NCBI RefSeq assembly: GCF_006345805.1
Contig: NW_021825323.1
Coordinates: forward strand, 186,001 to 250,000
DNA: 64,000 bases
Direction: 5' to 3'
DNA from: Octopus sinensis
Taxonomy: Eukaryota
The position numbers and the translations under genes are program-made. Below the pieces are notes generated by a model. The model had not been told where the DNA came from. It saw only the letters and a program-made list of their open reading frames with translations, and ran no database searches. Of this stretch, positions 1 through 15,398 are shown in pieces. Position 1 is the stretch's first letter, and every line of letters begins with the position of its first letter.

Positions 1-175
1 ATCTAAAGATCTGTCTTTGATGAAGCTTTAATATATTTAATTAAATTTGATTCTTTCTAAAATGATTTATATTATATGAGAATTATTAAATTTATAGCGC
101 CTTTTATATGTATACGTAGTGAACGTCTTTTATTACATTTTATTAACAAAAAATTATATAATACTATGCATTTAG

Positions 176-585
176 ATGGTAGGAAAGGGACCTAGTCTGA
201 AGAAATCTAAGATATCTGCTAGTGCTAGAGCTGGAGTAATTTTTCCAGTGGGAAGAATTAAACGACTTTTAAAAAGTTGCTTTAATTAACCATTACCGTT
301 CAATTAGTGTCAACAGGTTTGAGAGTTGGGGAGTGTGCTGCAGTATACTTTTCAGGAGTGATGGACTATTTGCTATCTGAATTGTTAGAGTTATCGGGTC
401 ATCAATCAATAAAGTGCAACAAGACGAGAATAACTCCGAGGCATATTCAAACTGCAGTTCGCAACGACGAAGAATTTCGAGAATTACTTAAGGGCGTTAT
501 ATTTCTCAATGGAGGGGCAGTTTTTAGTCAAAGGCCTATCAAACCGGTTATTGACTCACAGGTAATCGCAAGCCAGGACTATTGA
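176..585 (+). CDS. H2A: Histone H2A-family protein with macroH2A-type histone-fold signatures; 2 exons (176-275, 308-585)
   Basis: Splicing the 32-nt GT-AG intron 276-307 gives MVGKGPSLKKSKISASARAGVIFPVGRIKRLLKMSTGLRVG...TRITPRHIQTAVRNDEEFRELLKGV, a clear H2A fold. Confidence 0.9.
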
Positions 586-659
586 GTTTACTTAATTTTT
601 TTTTCAATGAATACTTTTTTCTTTTTTATCCATTCATATTAGGCAGATTTTATTTAAAC

Positions 660-983
660 AGAAACTTCTGTTGAAGATGAGTTTTGCGATTACAATAAAC
701 AAGGCTAACGGACATTCGTTAAAGATAGTTGGCTTATTTTTAAAGAGAGAGTTCTTTTCTTATGAACAACTGTATGTGGGATGTTCAAAGGTAGGTAGAA
801 GAGAAAATTTATTCATATATGCCAAGGAAGGACGGACAACAAACATCGTTTATCAACAGGCGTTGGAATAGGGCTACATCAAACCGGGTCGTTTAATATA
901 TTTACTTGAACTTATAGTTGTTTGATGAAAAAGGCACTTCGCAGGAGCTAAGTCGCGGTGAGCGAAGCTAGCTGCCGAGCTAG
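660..983 (+). mobile_element. Helitron 3' end with PIF1-helicase C-terminal remnant
   Basis: ORF 671-871 (FAITINKANGHSL...QLYVGCSKVG...TTNIVY) matches the Helitron helicase C-terminus. It is followed by a GC-rich subterminal segment and CTAG|T at 980-984. Confidence 0.8.
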
Positions 984-1139
984 TTTTATAATATTTATTT
1001 TGACAAAATCGATTTTAAAATAGAATTCGAATATTTTTTTGAATTTTTTATGTCTAAACTGTAACCACCTAGGCTCATGACGTAATTAATCCTTAAAAAA
1101 TTCTGAAATTGTCAAGATATACTTTTAGGAGGCAGCTAT

Positions 1140-1925
1140 TTTCAGGCACAGACCACACCAGAAACGAGGAAGTGTGTAGTCGAGGGTGTGCGTCGTAATG
1201 AAAAACTCGGCTCAATGCACAAAACTTATTTCATGCCTTGAACAAGTGCTAAAGTACTACGTTGGCTTGATCGAATTCGAGCCGAGTGAGTACGATGAAA
1301 TGGACCTCATTGTCCGAAGATTACTCCGAGAGAATCACGTCCACGTGTTGGCAAGCAATAAGGAGAGATATACTTGTCTCGTGGGCAGCTAAGACGTGGA
1401 CTGAGTAACATCGTACACTTAAGTGAGCGAATTCTTACCAAGATGCACGAGACCTTGTGGAGTGTGTCAAGTGTATTTCAAAAGAAGGCTGCCATCTTTG
1501 CTGCTTAAAACTCGTGGTACACACCTGGGGACCATAAAAGGCTAAGTGTCGGCTAAGTATGGTCTGGCTGTTACCCAAGTTAATGTGAAGGAGTTGATCA
1601 AACGTCAGAGGGAATCGCTAATAAAAAAGAACAATTTAAAAGTTATTCACAAGACTCATTTTAGCAGCCTGGACAATCCGCAAATTGAAGTATCGTCGGC
1701 ATCAACGTGGCTGAAGATGGGAATAACTCTCCCCAATCAGAAGAACTATTTTTATATTTTCAGGATAGGAACTGTTTAATGGTCAACGGAAAAAGTGTAG
1801 CCACTGTAAAAGTAAGGCGGTGACCGTTAACCATTTAACCACGAAGTACAGGAGTATGTTGTATCATTATTACATATATAGCCATAACGAAGTGATAAGG
1901 TCCCTCTATCTTTTGCTCTGCATAA
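1140..1925 (+). mobile_element. Decayed NeSL/R2-like (RLE-type) non-LTR retrotransposon fragment
   Basis: Strong nucleotide similarity to the reverse complement of ~17640-18440 (e.g. YYVGLIEFEPSEYDEMDLIVR), with several stops and frameshifts. Confidence 0.85.
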
Positions 1926-2059
1926 GTATGCTTGAATTATTTCAAATTAAACGTTAGTCTAACCCAAAAAAGTTTTCTAATAATAAAATAGTACCGAGAT
2001 TTTGAATTTGGCGAGCAATAGAGGTTTCTTTCGAAATTTTCATTTTTAAAAAAAATGTG

Positions 2060-5434
<3,375 letters not shown>

Positions 5435-5559
5435 TTATCTGTAAATGCTAGATAATTCAGTAATCTGTGCACGTCACGCAAAAGCCCCCAAATGTATTTA
5501 AAATTGATAAATAAATTAGAGAATATTAATTTTAAAAATCAGCACGTTTTAATATAAAA

Positions 5560-6720
5560 GTGGATAATTTTCAGGCACCTGAATTTATCATTTTAATTTT
5601 TGGACAGAGTTGTGTTCCTCAATGTTGTTGTCTAGTTATCTTTTTTTGATTATAATCACTGGAAAAGTTAAAATACTAAAAGCGCAGCCGGCGAATTGAT
5701 TCCATTACAATTGGCCCAGAGAATGGCAAAAGAAATTATTTGGAATCGCCATCTCGTCTTGCCACGGTCATAAATCTTATATTCGTTTTCTAATCTTCGG
5801 AAAAAATCCACGTCAATCCTTACCGATTAAAGGTAATTAAAAATGGCATAAACCACATTAAAAAATATAAACTTAGATTTTTGACAGATTAAAAACTTTG
5901 AGGTTGAAATTTAATTTCCATTTAATATTTGATTCTTTTAAAAACAACATTTATTTTATATTTCGAATCTTTTCTCTTCTTCAAGACGAGTGGTTACCAG
6001 ATAAAACGAATTGATCAAAACGGGGATGAAGATAAAGCGTTCTAGCAGTTCTTTTTATGTTTTTTTTCTTTTTTTCGGCCTTTATCACAGCCATTTCCAA
6101 GGAGGTTAGTGATGAGAGTGTATTTATGTAGGTGGCTTCCCAAACAAGAAATTTCCCACCAGATCAAAAAAATTGTATTTCCGTCTGGTTATTTCCCCCA
6201 CAGTCTAGGATAATAGCCTGCAGTGAAGTAGGAAAGCGTTTATTTGATCATATTCTTATTGAAATTGAATAGCGTTGTTGGTTGATAAATTCTTTTAGTA
6301 TAGGACTAGATCTTAAGTGATATTTTTAACAACTATCATAATTAATTAAAACAAATCGTCAACTTATTATTATGCACGAAACGCAACAATGAGAACGCTA
6401 GGTTTTTATCGTCGCTTGTGCCGTACCCAAGATGATTTTCTTCGTTAGACATTTGGACATTGTGATTTTTCGGAGATCCTCATCATTTTCTAGCCTCATT
6501 CTAGCATTTTTAACATCATTTAGTATAGATAGTGGCATGGTTGTGCGTATTCTGCTTCAAAGCAGGTCTTTGGCACTACGACTCCATTATGTCGTTTGCA
6601 AAGGCAGCAGGATCCATTGTGTCAGGATATGTTTAAATAGTCACCGATGAAAGCGATCGTCACCATAACTTTCTAAACAAACAAAAAAATCAATTAATAA
6701 CATAAATTTAAACCACTCAA
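5560..6720 (-). other. Probable multi-exon gene of unknown function (exon structure not resolved)
   Basis: Coding-like GC content and minus-strand micro-intron-like segments (e.g. near 6672-6700), but no recognisable motif could be assembled. Confidence 0.25.
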
Positions 6721-7753
6721 CTATTTTGATTTAAAGTACGATTTAAAAGTTAAATCTTAATTCAAAATATTCATAATAAACTAACGTCATTCAATTAATA
6801 AATGAAAAGAAAGAACATTAATTGACAATAAAATAAAAAGCTAGAATTATTTAATTAATGTTATAAAATACGAATAACCATCGTTAGAATTAATTTTAAC
6901 ATAGATCATCTGAGTTACCAGATATAAAATTGCAGAGATAATGGAATATAAAATTCAGGAAAAACTTATATTCTTAAAATATCAATTTAATGAAATATTC
7001 CGCAAATTTATCTCTACAAAACCGGTTATTTTTGAATACAAAACGTTTGTTAAAGATTATTCGATAAAAAATTCTTTTCTGCCTGGAAGAACCCGGTAAA
7101 TTATATATACCAAATTAATCTAATTTTACGCGCGCTTAAATGTTAAGTTTGTTATATGTTTAAAAGTTATATCAATTTCCACTTATTTCGTCATGGTTAA
7201 ACGATTTATATTAATATATGTTTATAAGTAATAATTTACTTCTAGTGAAGAAGATTTAATGCAAGTTTTGTTCGAAAATCAAATTGATAACAAAAGTAAG
7301 CATATTTTTCTCACCTATACCAAATTAAAACTGTTAAAATCAATAATTAAATTCGTGAATAGCTAGTATTATTATTGATTGCTGGATTTAATAAGCTAAT
7401 ATATTACAAATTACGAACATATTTATTTAGAATGTGCGAATGTTTGGTAATTAAATTTCTGTATTTTTGTTATTTAAAGTTTAATATAATGACATAAGTG
7501 TCACATTTGTTTAATTATGACGAAAATAAATTTAAAGGTTTAAATGTACTATATAATAATTTTCGTTATTTTACATCAAAGTAATTTTAGTTAGGATTTA
7601 ATTATTTTTATGTAGTTTACGTAAATTTGTTCAAGTGCTATCGTAAGAATAATGATGACTATATAAAACAAATAAAGATGAGCAATTAATAATTTATCCG
7701 AAATTCTAAAAAACATTTATTAATAATAAACCATTTTAGAAGAGAAAATATCG

Positions 7754-10558
7754 TTGGAAAACAATTGCATAATCAAAAAACCGTTTGTATCATTACAAAA
7801 TAGTAAAGTTCAATTCTACCTTCGACCTCACAAAGCAAATAAAACTTTATTAATACAAGAAATCGACTATAAACTTTCTGAAGATTTTGAAAAACTTATA
7901 AGTGTTGTTAAAGTCGGGGAAAATTCATACTTTTGTGTTCTAAATAATTCTGAAATGAACATAAATAGAGGGGCAGAATTTTATGTCAGTGATAAAAATA
8001 ATCCTGGAATTGACTTTAAAGAACAAGAGAGAGCACCTATAATTGAACTTTTCTACTACCAAAAAGAGCTATGGAATAATGGGCTGCCTGCAATGAATAA
8101 GAAACAAATTGCGTGTCTTGTTTTTGCTAAATTACTTGAATATCAAATCCATCAAGTAATTATTCGATTTCCGAGTAACAATAAGCTTTTACCAGGATAT
8201 ATTTCTAAAGAAGATAAAAATGTTTCAGTTTTTCAAATATTACCTCATTTATCAGTTGGAATATCATCTAAACAAATAAAAAAAGCTCAAGAAATTTCAA
8301 AATCGTTTAAAGCTTTAAATTTAAAAACTGAGAAGGCATCTAATACCAAAAGTTTTTCATGTTCTCCGTCAAAATCTTTAGTTAGAAAAATACCAGTTGT
8401 ATTGCTTAAATCTCGATGTTCAAAATTAAAAAATTCTTTAGAAATACAAGAATATAATAAAAATTTCTTAAAATTCAAATCGGACCAATCAAATGTTTTA
8501 ACAAAATCAATATTCAATTTAAATTCTGGAAACTTGCTGAAGACAAAACATGAATTTATTATTAGTAGTTCTGAAAAAAAGAATAAAATCATGGTTGAAA
8601 ATGTAATTAACATTCAAATGAATAACAAAAATACATTGGGTCCATGTTTATTACAAAAGAAAGAACTAAATTCGAAGAATAAAATTCAATATTTGAAAGA
8701 AATAGACATCTCCTTAAATCGCAATAAAGATACAATTTTATCTAACGACAAACGCCAATTGTTGATATCAACGTCATTAGAAATGGAAAAAGTTTCATCC
8801 ATCAACAATGAAATGGAAATTATCGAAAAGCTATCTCCAATAACTCTTGACAGTGGTATATTTAGTGACAATAATCTAACTCCGTTATTTGAAAAGGATA
8901 TAAACTTGAATAAATACAATAGCACAAAAATTAACTATACAATAAGTGACGAAATTTCCAATAATAATACATGTAATCTATCTTCGTCATTTGAAAAAGC
9001 TGAAATTTTTGATAAATACAATATTGTTCAAATTGATAATAAAATATGTGACGAGGTTTCCAATCAGAATATAAACAATCATATTATGTTATTTGCTGAA
9101 AATAATGAAACTTTTGATAATTCTAATAATACTAAAATTAATTCTCAAATAAGCGATCAAGTCTTAGAACACAATACTCGAAAAAATATTGAAAATGATC
9201 AAAATCTTTGTTGTTCCAAAGAAAACAATATTTCTAAAATTTGTGAATCTGGTTTATTGAATGAAACAGTCAAAGAAAAGGCTGAAAAATTACCAACAAA
9301 TCAATTCATAAATGATAATTACATAAAGGATAATGAAGATCTGAATGCTATATTAGATATTGATTACAAAGAAGTTTTTTGCAACTGTGTTACAGAGAGT
9401 ACCAATGAGTATGTCTTCATTAATAACAAAAAATATGAAAGAAAATATATTTCTGCTAAAATAGATGATCTTTCACAATTCGAAAACAAATTAAGTCAAT
9501 CTGAGAACTTGACAAAAAATAAAATTCAATTAAAAAATTTTTTGTTTAGAAGAGGCGTGAACACAGGCAGTCAAAATATTTCAGAAAATAACTACAAAAA
9601 AGATTCAAAAATATTAAATAATGAAATCCTTTACAGCAATAATGAGACTGATAAAGAAAAAAACGAAAAATACCAGGGCACAATCTTAAATAATATAAAA
9701 GAAGATTGTAGAGAGATTGTCGACTATTATAAATTAACTCACCCCAAGCAATTTTCACGAATTTCTAAAAGTGATAAAAAGTTATTTAATAATAATAAAA
9801 ATGTATCAAAAAAGAAAGTGAAAAAACATACATTTAACCCAAAAATCAAAGGAAACAAACCCCAATATAATAAATACTGTGATGATATGAAAGTTGATGA
9901 ATATTTCGATAAAGAAAAAAATGTTACAAATAATGCAGATAATATTTCAAAGAAGGAAAATAAAGTTTATTCGTCATTTAAAATAAAAAATACTAATATA
10001 AAGGAAAAACAACAATACGTCAGGTCAGAGAGAAGTGACGATATTTATTTTAATGATAAAACAGAAAACCCCCATGTTTATAAAATTAGAAATATTTTAA
10101 ACAAATCAAGAATTCTCGGCGAATGTCAGTCAAGCCTATATGATAAGTCAACGTTTTCTCAAGCCGAAGATATTTACCAGCACTGTCACGACTGTGACTG
10201 TTCATTTACATTGAATAGAAATATACATCAAAAAAATTCAGATTATAAGTTTTATAAATATTCAAATTTTAAAAACAAATATGTTTATACAGGAGATTAT
10301 TTCGATTCGGAATGTTCGAATTATAAACAGACAAACTATAAGCTTGATAGATATTCAGATTTTACCGTTAAATTTGATTATGAAGATAATGAAAATTTTC
10401 TCGATTCTTTATGTTCTTATTCAACTCGTCTGTGCATTGCTGGATCGAGATTAGATAGAGTAGAAACATCAATCAGGTCATTAGAAAGAAAAATACAAAT
10501 AGCAAAGCAAAATATTCACAGGTTTAATATTTTATTTAAAGTTTCAGTCTTTTTTTAG
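7754..10558 (+). CDS. Large N/K-rich orphan protein exon (934 aa), probably with extra small exons
   Basis: 2.8-kb stop-free frame in very AT-rich DNA, with a globular-looking N-terminus and C-terminal coiled-coil-like RVETSIRSLERKIQIAKQNI. Possible splice donor near 10521. Confidence 0.7.
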   Translation: MENNCIIKKPFVSLQNSKVQFYLRPHKANKTLLIQEIDYKLSEDFEKLISVVKVGENSYFCVLNNSEMNINRGAEFYVSDKNNPGIDFKEQERAPIIELFYYQKELWNNGLPAMNKKQIACLVFAKLLEYQIHQVIIRFPSNNKLLPGYISKEDKNVSVFQILPHLSVGISSKQIKKAQEISKSFKALNLKTEKASNTKSFSCSPSKSLVRKIPVVLLKSRCSKLKNSLEIQEYNKNFLKFKSDQSNVLTKSIFNLNSGNLLKTKHEFIISSSEKKNKIMVENVINIQMNNKNTLGPCLLQKKELNSKNKIQYLKEIDISLNRNKDTILSNDKRQLLISTSLEMEKVSSINNEMEIIEKLSPITLDSGIFSDNNLTPLFEKDINLNKYNSTKINYTISDEISNNNTCNLSSSFEKAEIFDKYNIVQIDNKICDEVSNQNINNHIMLFAENNETFDNSNNTKINSQISDQVLEHNTRKNIENDQNLCCSKENNISKICESGLLNETVKEKAEKLPTNQFINDNYIKDNEDLNAILDIDYKEVFCNCVTESTNEYVFINNKKYERKYISAKIDDLSQFENKLSQSENLTKNKIQLKNFLFRRGVNTGSQNISENNYKKDSKILNNEILYSNNETDKEKNEKYQGTILNNIKEDCREIVDYYKLTHPKQFSRISKSDKKLFNNNKNVSKKKVKKHTFNPKIKGNKPQYNKYCDDMKVDEYFDKEKNVTNNADNISKKENKVYSSFKIKNTNIKEKQQYVRSERSDDIYFNDKTENPHVYKIRNILNKSRILGECQSSLYDKSTFSQAEDIYQHCHDCDCSFTLNRNIHQKNSDYKFYKYSNFKNKYVYTGDYFDSECSNYKQTNYKLDRYSDFTVKFDYEDNENFLDSLCSYSTRLCIAGSRLDRVETSIRSLERKIQIAKQNIHRFNILFKVSVFF

Positions 10559-11215
10559 AAGATACGAAAAATCAGTTTTATAAAAATAAATACAAAAATT
10601 GCGAAAGTGATGAAAGATATGAAGAACATTGGATAAATAGGTAATTTTTTATACAACCAATTATTCTAAAGAAACGAGTCGAGATTAAACCGAAGTTTTT
10701 TAACATATGAAAAAAGAGTTCTACGGTCACTAATCAGAGCAGAGGCTTCAAATCAGAATGCAATTAATACTTTAAAACTTTTGACACGCTCTAAAACGTT
10801 TGATATGTACTAACATTCTTAATTTTCCTATATAATTGAGAAAATTCAAATTTTTAATGTTTTTTTTACTTTTAACATTATTAAACCTTAAATTGTACAC
10901 CAACTTTTTTCGTCACAGTCTTCAACTGCTTCCCGAAATTTAAATAGATCGGATTAAGCTCCTTATACGCTTTTTTGCATCCAAGGCATTTGTATTTTTG
11001 AAGATAGCCTCATATCTCTTTCTGCAAGTTACTCATCTAGTGAGTTATTTAGATTTTTTTGGTATTGATACTGGTTTTGCAATCTGAATAGGCAGCATCT
11101 AAATTTTATTTTTAAACTAGTAGAATAATCAGAAATTTTATGCAAGAAAGCCAGAATATTGTTTAAAGTTATTGTACATTTAGTATGTTAACGTAGCATT
11201 GTTGTAAAGTTTCCT

Positions 11216-13771
11216 TAACACACGAATTTTTTGCAAGTTATCACCATTAGTAGGGGTAGTTTGTTAGAGAGAAGCCTCTCGAGATTGTTCCAGGACCCTG
11301 AATTTACATCAAAGTGTCGTGGGATTGAAACATCATCTTCTGAATTCTAAAATTCTTGAAAGAAGGTACACAATAAGTGACCATAAAATTATAAACATGC
11401 TCGTATTCACATAGTATGGGAAAAACAGCATCCTGGCAGCTATATGAGGCACATGGGGATACTATACATTAATTTTGCTAAATATTTTCTCGTACTTATC
11501 GCATGTTTTATTAATAAGAAAGCGCTGTTTAGAGAAAAAACCAAAAGAAATAACTTTTAAGTTAGAATGATTTATAATTCGGTTTGAAGATTTTTGTTGC
11601 ACTCCGAGCGTTTAAGTTGCAAAATGTTTTCACTGAGAAGATCTTTGCATTTAAACAATAATAAAATTCTCTAAAAATATTTATAAATAGACAAACTTTA
11701 AGAAGATCATTTTCTTCTAACTTATAAAAATTATAAATAGTTGTTCCGACAATTGGGATTACAATGGTGAATGTGAGTAAATATCCCACTACAGTTGCCC
11801 AGACAGGAAAATAATAGCCTTCATAGCCAACAGATGTGGAAAGCATCGTATTCATCACAAATATCGCCTAAAATACACATGTTATACTTTAAATAGTTAA
11901 AATTTCAGTAAATATAATAAAATAAAATTAAAACAAACATGATTTAGTAAACAACTAAAATAGAATGATACCATTGTAAATACTGGAGTTACGACTGTAA
12001 AAATAAACTTTAAAATCTTTCCCTGACTTTTTAAATTTAGCATTTTGATATCGTTTTGAATTCTGTCAAATCCTAAAATATAAAATATTAAGTCATACCG
12101 TAAATCCATACCAAGGCAATTATTTCCAAGAATCCCGTGAGAACCAAAATTTGACTTATTGGGAAAAAGTTAAAGATTTGAAAGACATACATTCCTCCCT
12201 TGCAAAAAACAAGAAAAAAATACATTCGTGACCATCGATAGTCCAACAAGAAATGATCCAAGGCAGAGCATTAAAGTGATTACTTCTTTTCGATATTTTG
12301 TTTTTATATAACCTTCCAAAATATCCTCTATTGACAAGACACTTGTTTCTATAGTAATGAACTAAAATCATTTTTTATTTCCGGGATACAGCGCTATCAA
12401 GTCCAATAAAAATCAGCGAAAGAAAAAAGAAAAATGACCAGAAGTTTGACCCAGTTAACTCGACAAGAGCTCGGGGATATGCTACAAATGCCAATCCGGG
12501 ACCTGAAGACTGATTTGACAGGGAAACCTGAATCCGCTACTTGATCAATCGATACGTTTTGACGCTCTGCCATAAACCCAAGAACCGGAAAAATCACAAA
12601 TCCAGAAATAATACTGCAAAAAGAATTCACAATAGAGCAACGGATCGAATCACTTTTAAATTAAATATATAATGTGTTACTAATAAACGTTAGTGTCTAT
12701 TTGGTTATGAGAAGCCAGAGCAGAGAGGACTCCCGAAGCCACACCATAGGAGTAAAATATTTGACCTCCCGCATCCGACCAAACCTAAAATTATTAGTCG
12801 ATAGTTTCACCTCAAATTTGGCCAATTTACTCATATTAATGGAAAGATAGTATTTTGCCCCTGTTAATGCTCCTTTAAGAGAACAACTTCTCCCCAAGAG
12901 AATCAGAATCATCACAAATGGAAGCAGTGCTGTAACGTACATTACCTAAGATTTTTTAGACTGATACTTTACTTTTCCTGATATTCTGATCCCTTTCCAA
13001 ACAACGAAAAAAATGATTATGTACGCCAGAGCCAGACATCCAACGAGTGGAAAGTTGAGTGACCCCACGTTGTCAATACTGGGAGATAATCTTAGAACGT
13101 GGTTTCTACTCACGTGATACAAAATTAATCAACCTGAAATACTCGTTAACCGGATCCGTGTAGTACGAAGAATTGTAAACGACTTGAGAGAAGTTCGTCA
13201 GGCATTTGTTCGTAGCCCAGGAAGGATCGCAGTATGTCCATGGAAGTGGGTTGATCATTGAGGCGAACATATAATATACTGCCCAAGACAATATTTGGAC
13301 GAGATAAATCCCCATATATATGTTTACTGCTAAAAATCCGACTCCGAGGCCTCGAAATCACAAAATTGCCAAACCTTCAAGTATTGGACAGAATTTCCAA
13401 ACTATGTAGGGGGATCTTTGTGTCATTTGGCCAACCAAGCATTCGATATAAACCAAAGGAATTCCACAGAAAATTGCAGAAGAAAAATAAGCAATGAGAA
13501 ATGCTCCTGAATATAGATTGATCAAATTTTCGTACCTCCACCATTTTTATAGCACAAGTGGGGAAAGCGCCAGACGTTTCCAAATCCAATGGACAGTCCA
13601 ATGAGGCAAATCAGGAAGTCGAGCTTTCTTGTCCATGTTTCATGTTTGGTTGTCTGGTTATTATCCATAATTGTTCCGTATTTTCGAACGATTTAATTTA
13701 TATAAACAGTATAATTATAATTTACCTAATATTGCGGTTTCGAACACGAGCTGAGTTGTTTTTGGCTTCAT
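11216..13771 (-). CDS. SLC6 sodium:neurotransmitter symporter (GABA/taurine/creatine-like group); 3' end approximate
   Basis: Minus strand encodes [52 protein letters not shown] and [16 protein letters not shown] across micro-intron-split exons. Confidence 0.9.
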
Positions 13772-14574
13772 AACAATGTGTAAAAATGATTTCTTACAAT
13801 ATGAAACAATAATTTTTTTATCAGCAATTAAACCACAAATTTAACGTGATGAAAAATTAACTAATTCATTGATCCTGGTTTCTGAAAATTTGTCTTCTTT
13901 TGGGAAAGCTATCCGCCAACTCACTATTTGCACTTTCATGCTTCAAATTATTTATAATTGTCTGGAATACTTGAAACAACAAATAACTAAATAATTGTCA
14001 CATTTGTCTCATAGAGGCATAGAGTTCACTCCGAGAAATGTTTTGATTATTTTATTTTTCAACCAACTAACACCTTTTTAAAGGAATTCTACAAAATAAT
14101 TACGACAGCAGTAAGAATTTCGTTTGTTTTATTATTGTCATCCTATTTCAATGAAATATCATGTTATTGCAGTGAGTGAATATACGCAAGTTTGCTTTGC
14201 CACTGAAACAGCATGACGATTCGCGTCATATTGTCGCTGACTTAGATAATAAAAGGTTTTAAGTCGATTTGGTGATCTTAAACAGTATAAGATTAGATTA
14301 TCTGTAGATTTAAAAATGAAAACAATTATTTTCTTGGTGGCTGTCTGTAGACGTTTATTGCAAATTTATCATCTTAATAGCCGTCTATTTTTGTCCTTGC
14401 AAGTTTCTACAATCGGACAATAGAAAAAAATCAAGAATTCTTGCGTGATAATGTCTGTGAAAATTTCCGTATTTTCAAATACATTAAAGACCAAACATTT
14501 CTCAGAGTCATTGAACTGTTTAAAAATTAAATCAATCATAAGGAGTTAATCAAAAATTATGAGTTTGTATAACA

Positions 14575-14760
14575 AAAAAGTGGATAAAACATATAAAAAA
14601 GTTATGCTTTCATATAATCAAACATCTCACTCGTCCACGGGTGAATTGTTTGTTTTAATTTTTTGCAGGCGTTAGTCCTTTCGAGAAATATCAAGGGATT
14701 CCTGGATTTAAGTCTTATCAGAAAAATTGACTTTTTGATCGAGGAAGACTTTCTTAGCTG
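14575..14760 (+). mobile_element. Ginger-like integrase C-terminal fragment with a 28-nt intron
   Basis: Paralogous to 21185-21330; splicing 14641-14668 yields HSSTGVSPFEKYQG. Confidence 0.65.
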
Positions 14761-15398
14761 ATTTAAAAGATACTTAACAACGTTGTCAAAAAAGCTCTAG
14801 AGTTTCAGGTTTCCCTTCAGTTATAGAGCCTGTCGGATGAGAAACAGTTTTTTTATTAATTGCTAATTATACATTTGCGTAAACTTTATGAGAGTAAATA
14901 AGTGCAAGTGGACATGAAGGTAAATAAACAAAAGATTAAACACTTAAATTTAATTTTTTTAATTTAATTATTAAAAACACGAGTGCTGGAGAATAATCTG
15001 AAAAGTCAGCCACGAATATTCAATTGTTATCAGCGGAAGCAATAGTTATTGACGAAATTGATGGATATAAGTATCTATGAGTACTTAAAAGTTCAACTGG
15101 AAAAATCCAAAAACCGCACATGCTGAAAAAATTCTTGAAAAAGTAATCAAGCGAATTTTTTAAGGTTAGCAAATACAAAACTGAATGAAGTGAACTTGTT
15201 CAAAGTAATTAATGAACACGCTCTCTCACAGTACATCTATGTCGCGAGCGATCGAGCGCTGAGAGCGATGACAGGTGATTTGACAGCTGCCAACATCTGT
15301 CATGATAAATTATAAATTTCCATCTATACAAACAAAGTAATAAAAAAAATTATAAATTTAAGTTTCGAAATAATTTGGATTTTTACATAATATCTTAA

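Noticed and set aside
13860-14520. Possible small minus-strand gene (similarly 10900-11100 and 29050-29330)
   Set aside because: The composition looks coding-like, but no consistent spliced frame or recognisable motif could be established.
15265-15305. Small inverted repeat TGACAGGTG...CATCTGTCA as a transposon end
   Set aside because: No partner terminus, TSD or transposase could be associated with it.
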